Assembly (NCBI GenBank): GCA_003514055.1
Contig: DOSG01000001.1
Location: forward strand, 24,571-88,570
DNA from: Candidatus Yanofskybacteria bacterium
GTDB lineage: Bacteria > Patescibacteriota > Minisyncoccia > 2-02-FULL-40-12 > GWA2-44-9
DNA: 64,000 bases
Reading direction: 5' to 3'
Both the position numbers and the translations under genes were made by a program. This document shows positions 20,066-27,972 of the stretch, piece by piece. Under the pieces are notes generated by a model. That model was not told the origin of the DNA. It searched no databases and saw only the letters and a list, made by a program, of their open reading frames with translations. Position 1 is the first letter of the stretch; every line of letters begins with the position of its first letter.

Positions 20066-20431
20066 ATGTCTATGCCTTACGATGAATGGAAAGCTATCAC
20101 TGATGCCATGTATGGCGGGAAGATTTCGGACCATGAAGCGACGAACCAGTTAGTTGAACTGTTGAAGAAGAATGGAATAAATCAGCGTTCGCCTGACCAT
20201 GATTATCTTGCGGCAAGCTACTTTGTTTATGACAAAGAAAATTGGGCGACACAAGAGAACAAACCTCTGGGGCTAGGCTTGCTTTATAAAAAGCCTGACG
20301 GAACAAATACTCAAGATATTTTTATAGCTCATCCGAATGGTCATATTGAAAGATATTATTCGGAACAAGAAATGGTAGAAAAATACCCCAGTATGGTAGG
20401 GGTTCACAAGAAAACCCATCCCCAATTTTAA
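20066..20431 (+). CDS. Hypothetical protein
   Basis: ORF 6 nt after mltG, convergent with the recombinase. Confidence 0.5.
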   Translation: MSMPYDEWKAITDAMYGGKISDHEATNQLVELLKKNGINQRSPDHDYLAASYFVYDKENWATQENKPLGLGLLYKKPDGTNTQDIFIAHPNGHIERYYSEQEMVEKYPSMVGVHKKTHPQF

Positions 20432-20433
20432 GA

Positions 20434-21735
20434 TTACTCTATCGTTAGCACCTTGTCTTTAAGGACTATCCGGTTCTTAAGATGAGAGAGTATTTGACGC
20501 TTCTCATCTGTTGCTCCGGATTTTAATACGTGTTTGGCGTAATTTTTTATATCAAAATCTTGTAGTTTAAATTCTTGCCTCTCAATGCCTAGCATTGCCT
20601 GAAAGTTTTGATGCCGTTCGATATCTTCTTTGAGATGATTTCGGAGTCCCAACTCATCCAGACTCATCGTATCAATCAGACCAATGAGTTGAAGAATAAG
20701 ATCTTCTTCGCGAAGATAGGTGATGGGGCAATTAATATCTTTCGTCCGAGTACAGCCGTAGTAGATATAAGTGGCTATGCCACCGCCAGCGAGTTTCTTA
20801 TGTTTTTCTTGGGCCGTAACTCCCGAGCTACAATGTCCGCATCGCATGAGTCTGGTAAATGCGAAGTCCTTAGATAGGTAGCGGAACTCACTTTCCCGCT
20901 TCATTGCCTCGCGGGTGCGCAAGTACAACTCTTTACTGATAAGGGGTTCGTGCTGACCTTTGTACCAAGTACCGCTACCGGCAGGGTATTGGAATTCACC
21001 CATATAAAGAGAAGTACTCAATATTTTTTGAACACTAGAAACCCAGATCGGTTTGTTATGTATTGTCTGGAAATTTATTTCTCGCAACCATCGGTATACT
21101 TTTCGACCACTCCAACCGTCATTGCCAACCTTTTCGAACATCTGTGTGATAATCGGAGCACGCTCAGGATCGGGTATTATGTAACCCTTACGGTCCGTTC
21201 TCATTTCATTAAGATATCCAGTCGGAGCAGGACAAGGCCAGAGGCCCATCTCACACTTAGCCCGCAAGCCCCTTTTTACATTTACACCCTTCTGATCGTT
21301 TTCTAGTTTGCCTTGTGCCCCGAGAATCATGAATAGGAACTTCTCACTCGGGCTATTTGTGAATCTCTGGCCGTATGTCCGAATTTCTATTAGAAGCTTT
21401 TGATCCAGTAAGTCGACTATTGAACCCAAGTCTCCAGCGTTACGGCTGAGGCGGTCTGGTGCCCAAGAAAGGATGGCATTGAATTTATCGTTCTTAATAT
21501 CCTGAATCAGTCTATTAAACTCAGGCCGTTGTCCGGCCGCTTTGGCAGAATGGGATTCTTGTCTTACATCTGTCACTTGCAAGCCATCCTTTTGAGCCAG
21601 TTGGAGCATCTCCTTAATCTGGCTATCTATACTCATCGTCTGTCGCTCGTCCGATTCACTCGACTTGCGGGCATATAGACAGTACCGCAAAGACTCCCCA
21701 TAAGTCCCTAAATTGCCTTGTTGTGTGTTTTCCAT
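20434..21735 (-). CDS. Large serine recombinase (resolvase + recombinase + Zn ribbon)
   Basis: YARKS catalytic Ser, DRLSRN, P.GY, CGHC...YYGC...C. Confidence 0.93.
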   Translation of the reverse strand: MENTQQGNLGTYGESLRYCLYARKSSESDERQTMSIDSQIKEMLQLAQKDGLQVTDVRQESHSAKAAGQRPEFNRLIQDIKNDKFNAILSWAPDRLSRNAGDLGSIVDLLDQKLLIEIRTYGQRFTNSPSEKFLFMILGAQGKLENDQKGVNVKRGLRAKCEMGLWPCPAPTGYLNEMRTDRKGYIIPDPERAPIITQMFEKVGNDGWSGRKVYRWLREINFQTIHNKPIWVSSVQKILSTSLYMGEFQYPAGSGTWYKGQHEPLISKELYLRTREAMKRESEFRYLSKDFAFTRLMRCGHCSSGVTAQEKHKKLAGGGIATYIYYGCTRTKDINCPITYLREEDLILQLIGLIDTMSLDELGLRNHLKEDIERHQNFQAMLGIERQEFKLQDFDIKNYAKHVLKSGATDEKRQILSHLKNRIVLKDKVLTIE

Positions 21736-21799
21736 ACCAACATTGATGACGCGACCTTGTTCTATCGTCCAGACCTGAGTTGGTAAGTTTTATTGTAAA

Positions 21800-21846
21800 G
21801 AAAGAGCCCGCGAAGACTTGCACGATTGTGTGGGTCTTTCACGGGC
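21800..21846 (-). terminator. Terminator of the putative ncRNA
   Basis: gcccgtgaaagac...gtcttcgcgggc then tctttcttt on minus strand. Confidence 0.6.
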
Positions 21847-21850
21847 ATAT

Positions 21851-22030
21851 GTGCAGTAGTCAAATGGGAATTGAACCCATACTAACTTAGAAATTGAGCG
21901 TGGAGGGCATTTAATTCTCCAGTCCCCAGTTAAGGGGTCATATCCCGCCTTCCCTTCGTCGAAACGAAGAGGCGGGGCCTCAATCTCCGTAGAACAGCCG
22001 TGCTTCCATGACACTGTTGGCTACCGTACC
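21851..22030 (-). ncRNA. Unassigned ~180-nt tRNA-like structured RNA
   Basis: Own promoter (ttgtca-N17-taatat) and terminator; terminal stem, D-like arm gtgt/gcac, T-arm atggg-ttcaatt-cccat, branched insert. Confidence 0.55.
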
Positions 22031-22120
22031 TATATATTAACATATCTTTTTACGATTGACAAGGTTGGCTAAATTTGTTAAAATCTCAACAATAGTAGCC
22101 CTTTTTCAAAGAGGTGATTC

Positions 22121-22939
22121 GTGAGAGCTCCATTGTATATCGGTGTGACGGGGTTTATGACCCCACAAGAAGTCCGTGCCGGCCTGCGGTGCTTTGAGGC
22201 ATCGTCAGACCGCAAGCTCATGGTGGGTGTGCTCGTCAGTTCCAAGACGCTCGTCGGCAAGATCAACAAGTGGCCTGGCCGTTATCCGAAAGTCGACAGC
22301 AGGATTACCGAGCTGTTCGAGAAACAGAAGCTCGACGCGTACAAGGTCTTCCAGCGACACGAATGCGCGGTCAACCTCATTCACTACAACACGGATGAGC
22401 CGAAGACGCTGTCTGAACAACTCATCAAACTCGCGCACATGTATGGTCCGAATCTCGACGGCTTCCAGCTCAACGTCGCGTGGCCGCACGTGAGCGAGAT
22501 CGAGAAGTTCCACGCGTCGACTCACTGGGAACAGCGTCTCGTCTTGCAGGTCGGTGGTCATGCGCTGGAGAAAGTCGACCACGACCCAAAGAAGCTCGCT
22601 GACATGATCAGTCACTACGGCGGTTCGGTCAGAGTGATCAACGACGTTCTCATCGATCCGAGCGGCGGCAAGGGCCAGCCCTTCGACGCCGAGAAAGCAC
22701 TCAGCTACCTGAAAGAGATTGCCAGCCGAGGGTTCGACATCAATCTCGGCGTCGCTGGCGGTCTCGGCCCAGACACCATGGCGTTGCTCAATCCGTTGCT
22801 GGATGACTTTCCTGATCTGAACATCGATGCGGAAGGTCAACTGCGCGACAAGGAGACGGACGACCTCGACATCATCAAGATGTCGTCCTACCTCACGCAG
22901 GCACAGCAGTGGTTCGCAACCACCAGTAAGGGGGCTTAG
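22121..22939 (+). CDS. TIM-barrel protein, phosphoribosylanthranilate isomerase (TrpF)-like
   Basis: FQLN, LIDPSGGKG, GVAGGLGPD, IDAEG; promoter ttgaca-N17-taaaat; visibly GC3-rich. Confidence 0.6.
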   Translation: MRAPLYIGVTGFMTPQEVRAGLRCFEASSDRKLMVGVLVSSKTLVGKINKWPGRYPKVDSRITELFEKQKLDAYKVFQRHECAVNLIHYNTDEPKTLSEQLIKLAHMYGPNLDGFQLNVAWPHVSEIEKFHASTHWEQRLVLQVGGHALEKVDHDPKKLADMISHYGGSVRVINDVLIDPSGGKGQPFDAEKALSYLKEIASRGFDINLGVAGGLGPDTMALLNPLLDDFPDLNIDAEGQLRDKETDDLDIIKMSSYLTQAQQWFATTSKGA

Positions 22940-23017
22940 CCCCGCAAGAGAGATCCCGTACAGAAATGTACGATCTTCTGTGCGGGGCTCTTTTGTTTTA
23001 ATATAACTAAGTTAAGA

Positions 23018-23599
23018 TTACTTACCCTCAAGATCACTCTCTAAGGCTTTCCGTACTCGTTCTTTATGTGCTTCGGACTCTTTGACCCTTCGATCTATCC
23101 TCTCGTGTTCTCTCCGAATGGCTTCTTTAAGGTCTTTGGGAGTCATCTTGAAGGAGAACATCGGAGCGAACATATGAATCAAAGCCGCGGCTCGTTGCTT
23201 ATCTTCTTCAGGTGTAAGGTCATGCCATGTATTATCAACGCTGATGCCGTGGTCGTGCTTCATGTGTTCGGTGAACTCTTCTTTCCTATGAGTCTTAAGC
23301 CAAAAAATACTAGCCACAAGATTACCATCACCAATCTTCTTGATGATCTGGCTCTCAGCCATATCAGAAATGAAGTCTTTACCTTCTCTGCGAGATTCCT
23401 GAAAGACATCTGCAAAGATAGCATCATCTTTAATCCAACGGTATGCCGTTGATCGGCTTACACCGATACGAGTACACGCAATCTGGAGAACGGGTTGTTT
23501 GCGTAGCTCTATAACTAGTTCCTGTTTTTGTTTTAGTATTCGAGCGGCAATGGTTTCAGCTTTTTTATCCGTTTTGGTAGATTTTTGTTTCTTACCCAT
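23018..23599 (-). CDS. HTH protein resembling phage terminase small subunits
   Basis: AC.RIGVSRSTAYRW...D..F, D.AES, G...ASIFWLK. Confidence 0.7.
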   Translation of the reverse strand: MGKKQKSTKTDKKAETIAARILKQKQELVIELRKQPVLQIACTRIGVSRSTAYRWIKDDAIFADVFQESRREGKDFISDMAESQIIKKIGDGNLVASIFWLKTHRKEEFTEHMKHDHGISVDNTWHDLTPEEDKQRAAALIHMFAPMFSFKMTPKDLKEAIRREHERIDRRVKESEAHKERVRKALESDLEGK

Positions 23600-23611
23600 A
23601 GGATAAATAGG

Positions 23612-24935
23612 TTAATTAATTTTTGTAGCTACTTTGCCAGTTAGTTTTTCCCAACGTGCCTTAATAACCTCGGCATAGGTCGGAGACTTCTCCATGAGGT
23701 AGCATCGACGACCAAGTTTGATTGATGCAATCAGCGTACTGCCTGAGCCGCCAAACGGCTCTACCACGAGGTCGCCACGCTTAGTAAGTACCTTGAGATA
23801 AGGAATGAGAACTTCAAGTGGCTTGGTACCGAAGATGATACCTTGCCCTGATGACTTTTCATCGGCGGCGATATGCTCAATGAAGTCAGTCGGACAAATC
23901 TGTTCGCCTTTTTTGTACCCCTCCCAGTGCGGTTTGCCCGCAGTGGCATAGAGGGCTGTCTCGTATTCGCTTTGGAAGAGTTCATCTGTTTCCGGTTCGG
24001 TATTCAGGGGAACATCTCCAGAAGTACCCACCACAGCGATGTCGCTTTTGTTGAAGAACTTATACTTAGCACTAAAGCCTTGAACCCTATTAGGGACATG
24101 CCAAATAATGGTGTTGCGATAGCGCCAATGCTTTTCCAATTCATTCCAGATAGTTCGAAGATTCTTCGGATTCTCAAAGATGATAATGGAGAAATCAGGC
24201 TTCTGTATTTTAGCTATACCAGCCATCCAAAGTTCAGTGAAGTTATCCGGCAGAGTATCTGTCTCTAAGTACTTACGGTTTTTCTTTAACCCAAAGCCTT
24301 CCACAGGCTTTCCATTTTTCGTCTTGCCTTTGAGGTAGTTTAAAATGTAAGGAGGATCAGTTAGACATAGGTCTGCTTTGTCTTTACCCATCAGTTTAAG
24401 CATCTCGGATTCTACAGTACTATCTCCACACCCAAGCCGACTGCCATCCAATTCATAGATGTCGCCCTTTTGTATTTTGACCTCCATGATATTGAGCTTT
24501 TCTAATTCTTTCTTGATGTTGAATTGCTCGGGAGTGGGGTCAACGGCAAATATGTTGTCGAGGCTTTGGCTATCAAATCCGATATCAGCGAGAAATGCCT
24601 CGTCAAAATCTTTTAAGAGGTCAAGATCAAACTCCCCAACATTTTTGTTTAGTCGGATTATAATCTCAGATTCCTTTTTGAGGTCTGATACAGTAATGTA
24701 GACAACAGGAACGTCTTTGATTCCCATCTCTTTCAATACTTTTGCTCTAAAGTTACCACCAATAATAATGTTCTTTCGATTGGGGGGCATCATTTACAAT
24801 CAGTGGATCAATTATTCCATGACGATTGATACTTTCCTGAAGTTGTTCGGTGGCTTCTTTCGTCCAGCGTCTTGGATTTTTTTCTGGGTGACGAAGCGAT
24901 GCTAACGGTACGTAAACTATCTTGAGTTGTGACAT
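23612..24935 (-). pseudogene. ParB/Srx-DNA amino-methyltransferase fusion, split by a +1 frameshift in a C6 tract
   Basis: Frame 1 KNPR...IDPLIVNDAP; frame 2 NRKNIIIGGNFR...DPPY...EPFGGSGST; removing one C (24782-24787) fuses them. Confidence 0.8.
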
Positions 24936-24996
24936 GACGGTACATAGGTTGTTATTTTATATGTCCGTTTAGGTATCAGTTTAGGTCTTCAAAAAG

Positions 24997-25057
24997 AGAA
25001 GACTCCCAATTGAATAGAGCGAGATCGACCAGATCGCTCAATACAATTTAGGGAGTC
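24997..25057. other. Long imperfect hairpin upstream of the ParB-MTase gene
   Basis: agactccc...aattg...gagcga / tcgctc...caatt...gggagtct. Confidence 0.45.
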
Positions 25058-25297
25058 TGCTTAAGAATTATCCTCATTATATATCCACCCAAAAGATGAG
25101 CAATACCTAACTGTGGATAAGACCACATGTGTAAATACTGTCAATAACGTAAATTGGGCCACTGTTGGTAAGGCCCCTTCGCAACCCCTCAATACTAAGG
25201 TAGAAGGGAGGGTGGTCATTTAGCTCTCAAACTGCTAAAATACCCTTAACAATTCAGACCTAACCCCTAAGATTCGTCTCAGGATATGGTCAAAAAT

Positions 25298-25451
25298 CCC
25301 GCTAGAGAATAAAAGACTCCTCGTCCGGAGTCGCTCTAGCGGGTCACGTCTCGAAAGGGATGTGGGTGAAGCCGAAAGGTTTCATCGCAACGGGCGGGGA
25401 GTCTTTTGCGTCCAGACTCTCTGTCTTGCACTTAAAACCCGCTAGAGTGCA
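25298..25451 (+). ncRNA. Structured RNA with C4/CI-like antisense architecture in the leader of the VRR-NUC/R-M genes
   Basis: 17-bp helix 25311-25327/25391-25407 with two G-U pairs, two GAAA-tetraloop hairpins, ctctagcggg complementary to cccgctagag at 25298 and 25438. Confidence 0.65.
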
Positions 25452-26011
25452 TGCATAACAATATTCAACCCAAGGGCGACGCTCTTGGGTTTCTTGATTC
25501 TTATCCATCCGATAAGGAGACAATTATTTTACCTTCTGGGAGTTCAGTCGAGGTAAAGAAATATATCCTCAAGTTTAAAGCATGGCAGGGCGATAAGCCC
25601 GTTTTTGATTTTGGTCGAAAGCCGATTATTGATTTTGATGGCGAAGGTTGTTTTGCCGAGCTCGCAATATTACGAATGTTTTTGAAAAATGGCTGGCAGG
25701 GTGTTTGGGTTGAAGCATATGGCGGTACTCATTTTTTAAATTCTATGCCCACCAGCTGGTCACTTAAACCAGAACATATTTCTATACCTGAAGAAAAAGA
25801 AAAACTACTTAAGAGAATCTGGATGGCCGGTAAAACGAAAGCTTGTTTCGATGTAGTTGTTTGGCAAGATGACAAAATCCTATTTTGCGAAGCCAAACGA
25901 TCCAAAAAGGACCGTCTTACCAAAGCACAGGAAAAGTTTATCCAAGGCGTAATAACTTGCGGCATTCCATTGTCCGCACTCATTATTATCGAATGGGATT
26001 TCCAGCCATAA
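25451..26011 (+). CDS. VRR-NUC / PD-(D/E)xK nuclease-domain protein
   Basis: FDVVVW....LFCEAK...DRL...Q..F. Confidence 0.75.
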   Translation: MHNNIQPKGDALGFLDSYPSDKETIILPSGSSVEVKKYILKFKAWQGDKPVFDFGRKPIIDFDGEGCFAELAILRMFLKNGWQGVWVEAYGGTHFLNSMPTSWSLKPEHISIPEEKEKLLKRIWMAGKTKACFDVVVWQDDKILFCEAKRSKKDRLTKAQEKFIQGVITCGIPLSALIIIEWDFQP

Positions 26012-26053
26012 AGGCCCTTTATCTAACAGAGAAATTAAGCTAAACTAGTATTA

Positions 26054-27970
26054 ATGAAGAAATCTCTCATAGAAGAACTACCTAAAATTGTTGCTGATGG
26101 CAGAAAAGAGGTTGAGGAGATTCTCGAACGGCTTTCAAGTACCAGTAAACTCGGGCTTCAAACAAATGAGCTTGTTCTGCCCGCTAAAGATACAGCTGGA
26201 CTTTTCCAAGGACAAGTAACCGAAGTAAATGAAAAAGAATGGATGAACCGACTTATCTACGGAGATAATCTTTTAGCTATGCAAGCATTGCTTGCAGGCG
26301 ATCCATCCAGTGGACTTCCTAGTATGCGAGGCAAGATTGATTTGATTTATATAGATCCACCATTTGATTCAAAGGCTGACTATCGCACGAAAGTGACTCT
26401 TCCTGGTGTTGATTTAGAGCAGAAGCCGACGGTTATCGAGCAATTTGCATATGCTGACACTTGGAAAGACGGCACAGTGTCATACTTAAAGATGCTCTAT
26501 CCTCGACTTGTATTAATGCGGGAACTTTTGTCTGATAAGGGAACAATCTATGTGCACATTGACTGGCATGTTGGGTGTTATGTTAGGGCATTATTAGATG
26601 ATGTCTTCGGGAAAAGTAATCTTATAAACGAGATTATTTGGAATAAAGGTTTCAGAGGCACTGAATCCAAGAAAATTTTTCAACATTCCCACGATTCGAT
26701 CTTCTTTTATGGGAAATCTCAAGATTATATATGGAATCAGCAAGGGCAACCATACAAAGATGAAAGTTTGGGAAGATATAATAAAATCGATGAGGAGGGG
26801 AAGAGATACGCAGAAATAAAAAGAGTTAGAACTGACGGGTCTATATACTATGGAAAAACTTACCCAAATGAGGATGGTAAAAAGATTAACGACGTTATCT
26901 CTCATGTCCCAACTATGGCATCTACCAATTCTGAGCGCATAGGTTACGATACCCAGAAACCCGAAGCTTTGTTGGAAATATTAATCAAATCTTCATCGAA
27001 TGAAGGCGATGTGGTTGCCGACTTTTTTGGTGGATCTGGCACTACTGCCGCAGCAGCAGAAAAACTTAATCGTAATTGGATTATTTCTGATCTTGGCAAG
27101 CCAGCGGCAATGATTATGAGGAAACGGTTAATTGACCAGAACTCAAAGCCATTTTTATACCAAGCCATCGGAGACTACCAAAAGGAGGTTTTCTCAAGCT
27201 CGAAAATGTATCGAAGAGTTGGGGATTTATCCCATGTTGTTCTCCAGTTATTTGGTGCAATACCTTTTGCTGACGTAGAGCAACACCAAAGGAATCTCGG
27301 CTACATTAAGGAGAGTAAAACATTAATTTTAGTAGATTCTCCAAACAAGATGACGGGTCTCGCAACCTTAAAACGTGCACAAGAATTACGCAATTCGTTT
27401 ATGGGTGGTTGGCAAAAAGTGGTAGTTCTGGGTTGGAATTTCACTTACGATATTACAGAAGCAATCCAATCACTTAATGACGATAAATTAGAAGTTTTGG
27501 TCATCCCTCCAGATCTATTAGATAAATTGAAAACAAAAGCTAGTTATAAAAATCTTGTAGATAGTGGAAAGGTGCGTTTTTCCTCACTACAATACTTGTC
27601 TCTCAAGCCAATCAGAAAAGAAAATACTACCAAAGAAAACGAAGAGCAGATTATAGTTCCATTGGATACCTACGTGCTTTTATCGCCAGATAATGTACCA
27701 CTTGATGACAAAGATAGAGAGAAGCTATCGGGAATCATTGCCAAAGATCCACTAGCTCTCATCGAGTATTGGAGCGTAGATCCTGATTACGATGGCGAAA
27801 CTTTTCGTAGTAGATGGCAAGATTATCGTGGCAATATAGAGAATGATAGAGATGAGCTTCATGTTATCCGAGAAGCCAGAATTATTGTGCCTAAAAAATC
27901 AAAACGAACCATAGCGGTTAAAGCCGTCGATGTTTTTGGTTTTGAAAGTGTTGTTATAAAAGAAATTTAG
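26054..27970 (+). CDS. mod: Type III restriction-modification methyltransferase (Mod)
   Basis: [27 protein letters not shown]-terminal AVKAVDVFG. Confidence 0.9.
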   Translation: MKKSLIEELPKIVADGRKEVEEILERLSSTSKLGLQTNELVLPAKDTAGLFQGQVTEVNEKEWMNRLIYGDNLLAMQALLAGDPSSGLPSMRGKIDLIYIDPPFDSKADYRTKVTLPGVDLEQKPTVIEQFAYADTWKDGTVSYLKMLYPRLVLMRELLSDKGTIYVHIDWHVGCYVRALLDDVFGKSNLINEIIWNKGFRGTESKKIFQHSHDSIFFYGKSQDYIWNQQGQPYKDESLGRYNKIDEEGKRYAEIKRVRTDGSIYYGKTYPNEDGKKINDVISHVPTMASTNSERIGYDTQKPEALLEILIKSSSNEGDVVADFFGGSGTTAAAAEKLNRNWIISDLGKPAAMIMRKRLIDQNSKPFLYQAIGDYQKEVFSSSKMYRRVGDLSHVVLQLFGAIPFADVEQHQRNLGYIKESKTLILVDSPNKMTGLATLKRAQELRNSFMGGWQKVVVLGWNFTYDITEAIQSLNDDKLEVLVIPPDLLDKLKTKASYKNLVDSGKVRFSSLQYLSLKPIRKENTTKENEEQIIVPLDTYVLLSPDNVPLDDKDREKLSGIIAKDPLALIEYWSVDPDYDGETFRSRWQDYRGNIENDRDELHVIREARIIVPKKSKRTIAVKAVDVFGFESVVIKEI

Positions 27971-27972
27971 CT

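Noticed and set aside
21790-22014. 74-aa ORF, or a canonical tRNA/tmRNA
   Set aside because: The ORF crosses a highly structured region and terminator; the RNA lacks CCA, a proper anticodon stem and tmRNA acceptor and tag features
25298-25451. Known riboswitch (c-di-AMP, c-di-GMP) or hammerhead ribozyme
   Set aside because: Conserved cores (gctgaatcc, GEMM receptor, ctgatga...gaaa) not found by eye; an Rfam search is still needed
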